From an uncultured virus (IMG/VR IMGVR_UViG_3300049629_001705) (taxonomy: Duplodnaviria > Heunggongvirae > Uroviricota > Caudoviricetes), in the IMG/VR virus record IMGVR_UViG_3300049629_001705: a DNA stretch of 20,000 nucleotides. One strand, 5' to 3'. Positions 1 to 8,759 of this stretch are shown here, piece after piece (within the stretch, counting starts at the first letter, position 1; each line of letters starts with the position of its first letter). The position numbers and the translations under genes are program-made. The notes beneath the pieces were generated by a model. The model was not told the DNA's origin. It did not search any database and saw only the letters and a list, made by a program, of their open reading frames with translations.

Positions 1-190
1 CTCCTGCAGGACCCGAACAGATTGTAATCTGATTATTTGATAACTTCTCGTAATACTCTTTTTGACTTTCTGATAAAAATTTTTGTTTTGTTTTCTTTTT
101 TAAAATTGAAGTTATGTACTCTTTTTTTGTTTTGTAATTGGAACTTTCTAAAGTTGGGGTAGGAGCTGGATTTTTTTTAGTTCTACTCAT
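1..190 (-). CDS. phoH: PhoH-like ATPase, N-terminal part (runs off the left window edge; not in ORF track)
   Basis: Manual translation from ATG at 190: MSRTKKNPAPTPTLESSNYKTKKEYITSILKKKTKQKFLSESQKEYYEKLSNNQITICSGPAG. The Q-x2-Y...IT-x2-SGPAG segment matches the PhoH pre-Walker A and start of Walker A (GPAGxGK). The start overlaps the upstream gene's TGA as ATGA. Confidence 0.75.
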   Translation of the reverse strand, partial: MSRTKKNPAPTPTLESSNYKTKKEYITSILKKKTKQKFLSESQKEYYEKLSNNQITICSGPAG

Positions 191-1308
191 TTAACTTTGA
201 TTTTTTTTGTTTTTTGGGGTTCTCGTTTATAAACCGTTTTTCCACCATCGGGACTTTCATAAATCCACGGTGTTTCTTTTTCTAATGTATCTATTTGTGA
301 TTTAATCCAATTGAACGTTTTTTTCAATCCTATGGATAGAGGTTGACTGACTTCCCAACCAATTTTTTCTCTATATAGTTTATTGTCTGAGTTTCTACCT
401 TTAACACCTAATGGACATTTGAAACCATACTTCGAAAGGAATTCATCCCCTTCTATGTTTCTTATTTTAATATTTTTTCCTGAAAATTCAATAGCCATTC
501 GTGCTAATTGGTTGATTGTCACCATTTCTTCACTTCCTATATTGACGGGACCAGTGAATTTAGAATTCATCAATCTTAGAACAGCTTCAACACACTCATC
601 GACATATAGAAAAGACCTGGTTTGTTGACCATTCCCCCAAACTTCTAACTCTTCACCGTCGTTTAGTTCTGCGGCTTTTCTACACATCGCTGCGGGAGAT
701 TTTTCACGTCCGCCTGTCCATGTCCCCTGTGGTCCAAATATGTTATGGAATCTGGCTATTCTGACATCTAAACCATAATTTCTGTGATAAGCCAAATAAA
801 TTCTTTCTGAAAAAAGTTTTTCCCATCCGTATTCAGAATCAGGATTTGCGGGGTATGCAGAACTTTCTTCACAATTTGGATTATTGGGGTCTAGTTGGTT
901 GTGTTCTGGATACATACATGCCGATGAGGAATAGAAAACTTTTTTTACTTTTTTCTTAACACATTCATTGGCAACATTCAAATTTATCAAAGAGGAATTG
1001 TGCATTAAATTTGCATCATTTTCGCCTGTGAAAATATACAAAGCACCTCCCATATCGGCTGCTAGTTGATATAATTCATCGACATCCTGTTCGATGACCA
1101 AGTCAACAACTTTAGGGTCAGTTAAATCCCCCAAAATGAATTCGTGACAAATTTCATCTTGAAAAAAATATTCGTGTTTTTTTATATCACAAATTCTAAC
1201 GTGATTTCCTTCCTCTTTTAATCTTTTAGCTAAGTGTCCTCCTATGAAGCCACCGCCACCAAGAACAACTATTTTTTTACCTATTGATTGATTCTTCTGC
1301 AACTTCAT
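187..1308 (-). CDS. GDP-mannose 3',5'-epimerase-like NAD-dependent epimerase (extended SDR)
   Basis: GGGGFIG Rossmann motif, LAADMGG, YSSSACMYP (catalytic Cys position), YGWEK (YxxxK), RFHNIFGPQGTWTGGREKSPAAMCRK and GVKGRNSDN, all GME-family signatures. Confidence 0.88.
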   Translation of the reverse strand: MKLQKNQSIGKKIVVLGGGGFIGGHLAKRLKEEGNHVRICDIKKHEYFFQDEICHEFILGDLTDPKVVDLVIEQDVDELYQLAADMGGALYIFTGENDANLMHNSSLINLNVANECVKKKVKKVFYSSSACMYPEHNQLDPNNPNCEESSAYPANPDSEYGWEKLFSERIYLAYHRNYGLDVRIARFHNIFGPQGTWTGGREKSPAAMCRKAAELNDGEELEVWGNGQQTRSFLYVDECVEAVLRLMNSKFTGPVNIGSEEMVTINQLARMAIEFSGKNIKIRNIEGDEFLSKYGFKCPLGVKGRNSDNKLYREKIGWEVSQPLSIGLKKTFNWIKSQIDTLEKETPWIYESPDGGKTVYKREPQKTKKIKVK

Positions 1309-1912
1309 ATATAATATTCATTTTTTCAAAAATTTTATCGCAACTAATTTGATTACAGCTCCAAGAATTTATAACCGATTCCTCAAAATATTTGGGGGAT
1401 ATCCACCAATCTTCAAAATACATTTCTGGATGTCTTGAGTGAGAGATATCACCACAAATTAATTTGTAACCTTTGGACTCCAACAGTTGTCTTTGTGGTA
1501 ATCTTTCTGCCTCGTTAAAACGGTTTCCTAAATAAGCATCGTGTTCAATTGTTATGATTTTAAATTTGTAGTTGCTGTCAATTATTTTTTGGAGTAATTT
1601 AAATCTGTCTCCACAGCCTTCCATATCCAAGGTTAGATAATCAATAACTTCATTGTCATAATAATCCTTTAGTAATTGATTATAGTCTTGATTGAGACAA
1701 TCTGCTTGAATGAACTTACATCTGCGTTCTTTCCATTGGTTACTGAAATTGATAATATCCAAAGAAATACCGTCCCACCCATTTAATTCGAGTAAGTAAG
1801 TGTTGTTAATTTTTTTTGGTAGGGAGCACCCTAAATCGAGAAACTTACCTGGTTTACCTTGACTTATATTATAAACAAATAAATCTTGACCACATTGGGA
1901 ATATGATTTCAT
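1277..1912 (-). CDS. FkbM-like SAM-dependent methyltransferase (start revised to MKSYSQ at 1912)
   Basis: YSQCGQDLFV, FLDLGCS, NTYLLELNGWDGISLD, IDYLTLDMEG, IITIEHD, FEDWW pattern of FkbM/Methyltransf_21-like proteins. The ORF-track start at 1999 overlaps the upstream gene by 76 bp. Confidence 0.72.
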   Translation of the reverse strand: MKSYSQCGQDLFVYNISQGKPGKFLDLGCSLPKKINNTYLLELNGWDGISLDIINFSNQWKERRCKFIQADCLNQDYNQLLKDYYDNEVIDYLTLDMEGCGDRFKLLQKIIDSNYKFKIITIEHDAYLGNRFNEAERLPQRQLLESKGYKLICGDISHSRHPEMYFEDWWISPKYFEESVINSWSCNQISCDKIFEKMNIIYEVAEESINR

Positions 1913-1923
1913 TTTTTTGTATT

Positions 1924-2532
1924 TTATTTTGAGATTATTTTTCCTTTTTTTCTCAGAATAGTGAGACCATGGTTTATGGGTATTGTCATCCACTCCCATT
2001 TATTTTTATCTAACTCTTCAACCGCTCTATATGGTCCACCAAGACCCCATTCACTTTTTTCAGGATAATTGATAGGATAGAAAAAATTTGGATGGCAACT
2101 ATGACCCATCAAATCGTGTAGTAATATTATTGTGTTTTCATCACTAATCCTATCAATTTCTTCTAATTCTGTTTTTACGTGAGGGTAACTGTGCCAATCA
2201 TCAACATAGATAATATCGTATTTTTCGGTATTTTTTTTCAAAAATTCTATGGCGTCAGATTGTACAAAGGTTTGATATCTCGCCAAGTCCTCAGGAGCTT
2301 TCCAAACGTATTTTGAAATGTCTACTGACGTTAAATGACCACCCAATACTTTACAGGCAACTAAAAAAGGATAACTAGAACCACCATCTCTTACTCCAAG
2401 TTCCAAGATTTTTTTAGCATTCATTTGAAGAGCGATAGAGAAAAAAGTTAAGACGTGTTCAAAATATTGTTTTCCTCCGTCGTTTTTAGTTTTCAAAGTT
2501 CTATTCATCAATTCGACTAAATAATTTTCCAT
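1924..2532 (-). CDS. Class I SAM-dependent methyltransferase (Methyltransf_24-like)
   Basis: ILELGVRDGGSS motif I, LTSVDI, YDIIYVDDWHSYPHV and ILLHD. Confidence 0.8.
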   Translation of the reverse strand: MENYLVELMNRTLKTKNDGGKQYFEHVLTFFSIALQMNAKKILELGVRDGGSSYPFLVACKVLGGHLTSVDISKYVWKAPEDLARYQTFVQSDAIEFLKKNTEKYDIIYVDDWHSYPHVKTELEEIDRISDENTIILLHDLMGHSCHPNFFYPINYPEKSEWGLGGPYRAVEELDKNKWEWMTIPINHGLTILRKKGKIISK

Positions 2533-3341
2533 TAAATTTTTTTTAGAATTTTATTTATACCTTCTTTCAGAGATATTTTTGGTTTCCAATAATTTAAAAT
2601 GTATGGGTCGGGTTCATTTTTTTTATTTTTCTGTACATCATCAGTTTCTGTAGAAGCTAATATTTCACAAGGTATATATTCTCGAATTATTTCAGCAACT
2701 TCTAAGATTGAATTCCATTCAAAACTAGTAATGTGAAGGTTTTTATTTCTATCTATATCATTGTAATTTAAAGATAATATTTCTAAAGCATTAGAACAGT
2801 CTTCAGCATGTAAAAATTGTCTCAACTCGGAACCGTCAGTCAACATTTCTATTTTTCCTTGTTTAGCTTTGAGAATAAAATCGGTTATTACATGTGATTT
2901 TTCCAAATCATGTTCAGGTCCGTATACATTCCAAAATTTTACAGTAAGACCATTTAAAGCTGTGGCGCAAATTTCACCCATAGATTTCAAAAGTCCATAT
3001 GGCGAATAGGACATGTTTGCCATTTGTGAGGAGGCAAAAATAAAAGGTTTATTGAATTTTTTGATTGATTTGAATGTATGAAGAGTTAGTGCTAAATTGT
3101 TTTCAACAAATTCATATGTGTGTTGATACTTTTTTAAGTATCTTGAACCACCTACATCAAAGGCCAAAAACATCACGAAGTCGACATCTTTCATTATTGT
3201 ATCAAGAACATCAGGAATTCTGAGGTCTTGTTTAGGGTCTTTGATGATGTCAAACTCGACCACCTCATGACCTTTATTTTTAAGATATTGACATAATTCT
3301 AATCCTATTTGTCCTTCGGAACCTAAAACCAAATATTTCAT
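2532..3341 (-). CDS. NAD-dependent epimerase/dehydratase (SDR)
   Basis: LVLGSEGQIG Rossmann motif, FASS, YGLLK (YxxxK), WNVYGP and RQFLHAED. Confidence 0.82.
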   Translation of the reverse strand: MKYLVLGSEGQIGLELCQYLKNKGHEVVEFDIIKDPKQDLRIPDVLDTIMKDVDFVMFLAFDVGGSRYLKKYQHTYEFVENNLALTLHTFKSIKKFNKPFIFASSQMANMSYSPYGLLKSMGEICATALNGLTVKFWNVYGPEHDLEKSHVITDFILKAKQGKIEMLTDGSELRQFLHAEDCSNALEILSLNYNDIDRNKNLHITSFEWNSILEVAEIIREYIPCEILASTETDDVQKNKKNEPDPYILNYWKPKISLKEGINKILKKI

Positions 3342-3344
3342 AAT

Positions 3345-3962
3345 TTATCTTTGAACAAAAATTCCACCCATAGAACCTCCATGGGTAATTTCAAATTTAT
3401 AGTTGTATTTAATTATCCATTCAGTAAACGCTAATCTTTCATGTTCGTCAAAATCTTTGTTTCCTCCATGCCAATCATCAAATCTGATATATAATTTATT
3501 CCAATCACACTTTGTTACAAACTCTAAAGCTGACACCGTTGGTTCGTAAATGTCAACATCTATGTTGACTAAACTTATTTTCGAAATTTCGTAGTCTGAT
3601 GGTTTAGTCAGTTTATGAACATCACTGACAATCATTTTTACATTTTTGTATGGTGATAGTTTTTTTAAGGCCTCTTCCTTATTTTTTGGAATTCTATTGT
3701 TGTTAGCAAAAAGAGGATTTGATAAACTGAACATCCCTTCGGACCAATCTGCTGTTTCAGGTAAGGTTTTGTTAGATTTTTCTAAACCCTCAAAATGGTC
3801 TACTGTGAATATTGTCTTATTCGGAAACGATTGAGAAAGTAAAATTGCTGATTCACAACTGAAGGTACCGAACTCCAATACGTCCCCTTGTGTTTCAAAT
3901 TTTTTTACAAAACTAGATAAATCGCTTAAAGAGCAGGATTGTTTGTTTGGACTGGTGTTCAT
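3345..3962 (-). CDS. TylF/MycF/NovP-like sugar O-methyltransferase
   Basis: GDVLEFGTF, VDHFEGL, VNIDVDIYEPT and RFDDW match TylF-family motifs (EFG, DxFxG, DxDxY, DDY/W). Confidence 0.72.
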   Translation of the reverse strand: MNTSPNKQSCSLSDLSSFVKKFETQGDVLEFGTFSCESAILLSQSFPNKTIFTVDHFEGLEKSNKTLPETADWSEGMFSLSNPLFANNNRIPKNKEEALKKLSPYKNVKMIVSDVHKLTKPSDYEISKISLVNIDVDIYEPTVSALEFVTKCDWNKLYIRFDDWHGGNKDFDEHERLAFTEWIIKYNYKFEITHGGSMGGIFVQR

Positions 3963-4792
3963 AGATTTTTAAGATAATTTTCGTAAATATAATCCTCAGC
4001 AATTTGAAGAGACATAGCAGCTTCAAAATTTTTTTGAATGTGAGGCATCATCGAATCATACTTTTCTCTTGACAGAGAAGACAATGTTGGGTCATCCTCC
4101 AAAAATATAACTCCTCTTGGGTCAAAGTATTTTTCAACCACTTTTCTGGACCCCCAATAAACAGGAACTGTTCCCACAGCGAAACAATCGGTTAATTTTT
4201 CTGTGAAATAAGTGTCTGAGTTATCGTTTTCTATTGCCACTGAGAACATATAGTCAACTAAACCATCCTCTTTGTTATTCAACTGATGAGGTCTTCCTGT
4301 ACCAAATAGGTCAACTTTATCTTTTAATTTTTCAACCCAATTCAATCTGTTTTGGTGACCTCTTAACCATCCTTTTGTGGAGGATATCATTGAAACCAAT
4401 TTGGTTTTTTCATGAATTTTTCTATTACGTTCCCAAATCCAAGGTACTGCGTTTGAAATTGTATAAGTGAAAGGGGCTCCGAGCTCTATCAAACTATCCA
4501 CACAAGTGAAAATATACTTGTAATGTTCCTTCACCATGGGCAAATTCTCTAATAGAAATTTAATAGTTCCTTCATTCATTTGAGGTGATTCTAACAACCA
4601 TCCAATTTTCTCTCTTGATGGGTCATTAAATCCCCAATCTTTGATGTAGTTATCCACATATACTGAAATCTTATATGGGTCTTGGGTGTCTCTTGACAAC
4701 CATTTTAACGTTTTGGGATTATTTCTAGCTGAAGAACAATCGTAGTCCCCCCACCAATCTGATACTTTTCTAATTTTAGGTAATTCGCTCAT
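3959..4792 (-). CDS. GT10-like (alpha-1,3/4-fucosyltransferase-like) glycosyltransferase
   Basis: C-terminal YMFSVAIENDNSDTYFTEKLTDCFAVGTVPVYWG matches the GT10 signature (YxFxLAxEN...YxTEK...GxVPxYxG). Confidence 0.8.
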   Translation of the reverse strand: MSELPKIRKVSDWWGDYDCSSARNNPKTLKWLSRDTQDPYKISVYVDNYIKDWGFNDPSREKIGWLLESPQMNEGTIKFLLENLPMVKEHYKYIFTCVDSLIELGAPFTYTISNAVPWIWERNRKIHEKTKLVSMISSTKGWLRGHQNRLNWVEKLKDKVDLFGTGRPHQLNNKEDGLVDYMFSVAIENDNSDTYFTEKLTDCFAVGTVPVYWGSRKVVEKYFDPRGVIFLEDDPTLSSLSREKYDSMMPHIQKNFEAAMSLQIAEDYIYENYLKNL

Positions 4793-4795
4793 AAT

Positions 4796-5614
4796 TTAAT
4801 TTTTTGGTTTCAGTTCACCGTTTATATATTCTACTTCTATTTTATTCCAATCAGGTTGAAACATATCCATGTAGTTTTGTGGTCCACTTGGTCCAAACCA
4901 TACAGATGGAACAAAAACTTTTTTATTTGGATTTTGGTTTAGCAAAGCCGCCCACCAAGAAAATGTAGAATTGGAAATGATATTTGATTTACAAAGTGAC
5001 ATTATCCACATATCGATGTAATCTTCCTCATTTATAAGTGTCACATTATCACTCTTGAAATTTTCTAATAACCAGTTTTTATCATCTCCGAAAAGAAATA
5101 GATGGTCGTAATTTCCGATAATGGTAAGTGCTTTGTCAATATATTCTTTGGAAACACTGGGATGAATGTGGGGGTTTTGTTTATAATCACCAAATCTCAC
5201 GTGTATTGAAACTGTGTTTTCTTGATTAAGTTGAGGATACTTCTCCTTAATTTGTTTGATGAATTCTTCCGTTGGTCCAAAATATTCAATAATGTTTTTG
5301 TCGAATCCCAAAAAGTTTTTTCCGCTTTGGAAGTATCCTTCAAACACAGTGTTGCCTTCTACAGGATTCACATCAGAAAATTCCCATGGACCTTCGTGAA
5401 CTTTTGTAAATCCATCTAAACTATCTATAAATTTAAGTTTTCTGAATACGTTGTCTCGATAGTTCGAAGCGTCTCTACCTTGCATGGGTGTCCACGATTT
5501 GGGTAAAAAAACTGCCTCTCTATGATGTTTCCAAGCTTGACAAAGGGCGTGAGCGGCTTGGAACATTTGATTTCCAAGTCCACCCATCAGATTACAAGAA
5601 ATTAAATTATTCAT
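4796..5614 (-). CDS. GT11 alpha-1,2-fucosyltransferase-like glycosyltransferase (start revised to MNNLIS at 5614)
   Basis: MGGLGNQMFQ, EGYFQS, SIHVRFGDY, IISNSTFSWWAA and PSVWFG. The start at 5614 forms an ATGA overlap with the upstream stop. Confidence 0.9.
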   Translation of the reverse strand: MNNLISCNLMGGLGNQMFQAAHALCQAWKHHREAVFLPKSWTPMQGRDASNYRDNVFRKLKFIDSLDGFTKVHEGPWEFSDVNPVEGNTVFEGYFQSGKNFLGFDKNIIEYFGPTEEFIKQIKEKYPQLNQENTVSIHVRFGDYKQNPHIHPSVSKEYIDKALTIIGNYDHLFLFGDDKNWLLENFKSDNVTLINEEDYIDMWIMSLCKSNIISNSTFSWWAALLNQNPNKKVFVPSVWFGPSGPQNYMDMFQPDWNKIEVEYINGELKPKN

Positions 5615-6237
5615 TTTTGAAATGTTGTGTTTTCCCAAGATTCCCAAACAAATGGATATTCCCATTTAAGTTTGAAACCAATTTGAGTTAATCCCTCTTG
5701 AATTTTTTTATGTCTCTCTTCATAGTTTTCACCCATTCTGTGGTACTGAACTTGAATATAGTTGAACTTTTGTAAAATACCTGACTTAATCCATTCTTCC
5801 ATAAGAGGGTACTCCTCCCCCTCGATATTAACCTGCATCAAATCTACCTTATCAATATTGTGTTTATCCAAATAATATTCTAAGGTGTGACATTTAACGG
5901 TTTGAAGGTTATTAGAATTCAAATAAGCGGATGTCGCATCACCATCAACCGCAAAAGACAACTCTTTTTCTTCTGTGGAAATACCAGCATTTTCAGTTTT
6001 GATTTTGTCTCTATTGTTTTTGAGGTAATAATCAAATTCTACAATCATTTTGTCGTAAAATTCTTTTATTGGTTCAATGACCAAAACATTACAATTGAAT
6101 TTAGTTGAAACTCTTTTAGTCCAAAGACCGTGAAAACCACCAAGTTCAATGACTTGAGAATTTTCATTTAAGGGATAATCTAATACGAGAATATCGTCTC
6201 CTTTATCTGCTCTCCATTTTGCGTGTATTTCTGACAT
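5611..6237 (-). CDS. FkbM family methyltransferase
   Basis: VIELGGFHG, VIEP, VDLMQVNIEGEEY and IQVQYH. Confidence 0.8.
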   Translation of the reverse strand: MSEIHAKWRADKGDDILVLDYPLNENSQVIELGGFHGLWTKRVSTKFNCNVLVIEPIKEFYDKMIVEFDYYLKNNRDKIKTENAGISTEEKELSFAVDGDATSAYLNSNNLQTVKCHTLEYYLDKHNIDKVDLMQVNIEGEEYPLMEEWIKSGILQKFNYIQVQYHRMGENYEERHKKIQEGLTQIGFKLKWEYPFVWESWENTTFQK

Positions 6238-6240
6238 TAA

Positions 6241-6951
6241 TTATAATTTTTTATAAGGTGTTTTATTTCTGATTTTATTTGTTGTCTTCATGACATTTGC
6301 CATATTAACTTTATGGTCATTAATCGGATTAGATTCGTTGTAAATGTATAAAATATCTGTCAAAAATCTATAATGTTCCTCTCCTGACATTTCAAACATA
6401 GGAAACATAAATGCCAAGTCGCCGGCAACACTCCAAAAATTACCATCTTCATCTTTCAAATCAGAATCTTCAATTTTCTTCCACAGCCATGATTTCCATG
6501 TTCTCATATGTGAAAGAGTAAATGTTTGTTTTCTAACATCTGAAAATTGTTGTGGTGGTTTGGCAAATCCTGGCCTACCATCGTGATACCTGAAGGAACC
6601 ACTTGTCATCCAAATTTCGGAGTCTTTATAAGTTTCATTTATTGAATCAAAAACATTTGAGTTTGGTAGCCAATCGTCACCGTCAACTTCTATACAAATT
6701 TCATCATCAGGTATGTTTAATCCTCTTATAATTTGGTCGTAATTTCCAGGTTGAAACTTTTTTGTATTGTTTTCAACTAAAATAAATCTTTTGTCATTAT
6801 AGATTGTCTTCTTTATTACTTCTCGGGTAAAATCAGTTGATAAATCATCTGTTATATAACATGTAAAATTTTTGTGTGTTTGTCCCATAATACTGAACAA
6901 ACATCTTTCGATAAAAGTTTGACAATTGTATGTGGTTGTCAGTATAATCAT
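6241..6951 (-). CDS. GT2 (GT-A fold) glycosyltransferase
   Basis: IILTTTYNCQTFIERCLFSIMGQT, ITDDLSTD, VDGDDW (DxD) and a late GDLAF. Confidence 0.87.
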   Translation of the reverse strand: MIILTTTYNCQTFIERCLFSIMGQTHKNFTCYITDDLSTDFTREVIKKTIYNDKRFILVENNTKKFQPGNYDQIIRGLNIPDDEICIEVDGDDWLPNSNVFDSINETYKDSEIWMTSGSFRYHDGRPGFAKPPQQFSDVRKQTFTLSHMRTWKSWLWKKIEDSDLKDEDGNFWSVAGDLAFMFPMFEMSGEEHYRFLTDILYIYNESNPINDHKVNMANVMKTTNKIRNKTPYKKL

Positions 6952-8579
6952 GAAATAATTTTTATATATTCTTCTTTGATTTGTTTAGCCACGTTTGTAG
7001 TAAAATATTTTTCGATATCAGAAGGTGGGTCAAATTTTTCTTTTGAAGTTATCACACCCAAGGAATCTACCTTATAAATCCAACCTGGTTTACCCGACAA
7101 CCAACCTTCAATAGTTGTTCTTCCAAGTTGTATCCCTGCTGTTTCTGAACAACCTTTCAAATACTTTTCAATATTCCAAGTTGCTGGAAAATATTTAACA
7201 TTTGATTCTCTTTGTAATGCGTCTAAAAAGTTACCTTTGTTTTCTCCAACAATCCACAATTCTTTACCTATTTTTTGTGTGTATTCAATTAGGTCCATTA
7301 AAGTTTCTCTTCTGAGATAATCCAAAGTTCCAACAAATAGAACATAACCTGATTCATCTAACTCAGATTTTGTGAATTTTGACTCATCGATTGGATTATA
7401 AATTATTTCAATATCATTTTCTGAAATTTGAAATTTTGTAATAAGATAATCTTTTATCTCGGGTCTTATTGCAATATATTTTTTTATTGATGGATGTATC
7501 ATCGGATTTTCTAATTCGATTATTTCCGAATGGATTGAACAAATTTTATCAATTTCGGGATAAAAATTTAAAATTCTTTCAGCAACAGGTTTGTGTTGGA
7601 TGTGAATTATATCAAAGTTTACTTCCGAAACCCTATACATCATGTTCACTTGAGAAACTTTATATCCATTCCCGTCGTCGAACCCCCATTTACCATCTCC
7701 TAATTTGAAACCAGGGGCTTGTTCAAACGATAAACATTTGATTCCATTCTTCCTTGCTAAATCCGTAAGTGGTCCACCGATTTGTGACATTACAGTCACT
7801 TCACAATTCAATTTTTTAAGACCTCTGGCCAATTCATAAACATACAACTCAGAACCAGTGAAAGTTCTAAAATTTAAACAACTTAGAAGAACATTTATTT
7901 TATCTTTCTCTCTATCAAACAAAATTTTTTGAGGAAGATTTGAAGAATATTTTTGTATGAATAATTGCCGATTAGATTCCCATTTCTCATTTGTCATACC
8001 GATAGATTGATGAGTGATTCTAATGTTAGTGATTACCCCAACTTTAACTCCTTCTAAATAATTTTCAAAACAAAATGGAATATCGTAAAAATGAAACCCT
8101 TTGAAATCTTCATTAAAGTTTTTTCTTATTCTTTTTTTGTGAATTGCTATGAATAGTCCATCTACAACAACAACAGGTTTTATATCGTTACCAAATGGTT
8201 CTGAGTACTTAGATTCCCATTTTTTTGTTCCTTGTTGATGGTTTACTATTCCATACATTTTTCTTCTGTTTTGCCACCACTGTCCACTTTCAGGCATATG
8301 AGTTGTGCCCGCAACACCAAGAATACCGAAGTCTGAATTGTTAAAATGATTGATTAATTTAGGATACCATGCAGAAGTATCAAATGTTATATCGTCATGA
8401 CAAAGAACTACAATATCCGTAGTTGCCTCTCTCAAAATTTCATTGTAGATTTCTGAGAGAGATTTTTCTCCATTGTTTACTTTCTCTATAACGAGATTTT
8501 TTTTAAAACCAGAGCTTTTGATAAAATATTCTTTGAGCTTTGGATTAGATTCTCTAGTTGAATATCCTATTGTAATCAT
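6948..8579 (-). CDS. Two-domain glycosyltransferase: N-terminal GT2-like (Glyco_tranf_2_5-like) plus C-terminal GT-B/GT4-like domain
   Basis: N-terminal: SLSEIYNEILREATTDIVVLCHDDI, GILGVAG, VDGLFIA, GFHFYDI. C-terminal: TGSELYVYELARGLKKLNCEVTV, DIIHIQH, IIYNPID, VLFVGTL, GRTTIEGWLSGKP. Confidence 0.82.
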   Translation of the reverse strand: MITIGYSTRESNPKLKEYFIKSSGFKKNLVIEKVNNGEKSLSEIYNEILREATTDIVVLCHDDITFDTSAWYPKLINHFNNSDFGILGVAGTTHMPESGQWWQNRRKMYGIVNHQQGTKKWESKYSEPFGNDIKPVVVVDGLFIAIHKKRIRKNFNEDFKGFHFYDIPFCFENYLEGVKVGVITNIRITHQSIGMTNEKWESNRQLFIQKYSSNLPQKILFDREKDKINVLLSCLNFRTFTGSELYVYELARGLKKLNCEVTVMSQIGGPLTDLARKNGIKCLSFEQAPGFKLGDGKWGFDDGNGYKVSQVNMMYRVSEVNFDIIHIQHKPVAERILNFYPEIDKICSIHSEIIELENPMIHPSIKKYIAIRPEIKDYLITKFQISENDIEIIYNPIDESKFTKSELDESGYVLFVGTLDYLRRETLMDLIEYTQKIGKELWIVGENKGNFLDALQRESNVKYFPATWNIEKYLKGCSETAGIQLGRTTIEGWLSGKPGWIYKVDSLGVITSKEKFDPPSDIEKYFTTNVAKQIKEEYIKIIS

Positions 8580-8749
8580 TATTCTAATCTTTTTTTCTTA
8601 GATTCTTTAATTATTTCATGTATGGTCTTACTGGGTTCTTTTTTTGCTAATGATATACAATCTATAATAAATTCTGCAAGTACATTCTTTTTTTCTAATT
8701 TTTTTATTAGTCCGATAAGAGTGTCTAAGTTTTCATAGTATTTTCCCAT
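8579..8749 (-). CDS. Small hypothetical protein (~56 aa; start revised to MGKYYE)
   Basis: Fills the gap between dUTPase and the GT fusion with a TAATG overlap at 8579. The ORF-track start at 8827 lies inside dUTPase. Confidence 0.55.
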   Translation of the reverse strand: MGKYYENLDTLIGLIKKLEKKNVLAEFIIDCISLAKKEPSKTIHEIIKESKKKRLE

Positions 8750-8759
8750 ACAAAAAGTT

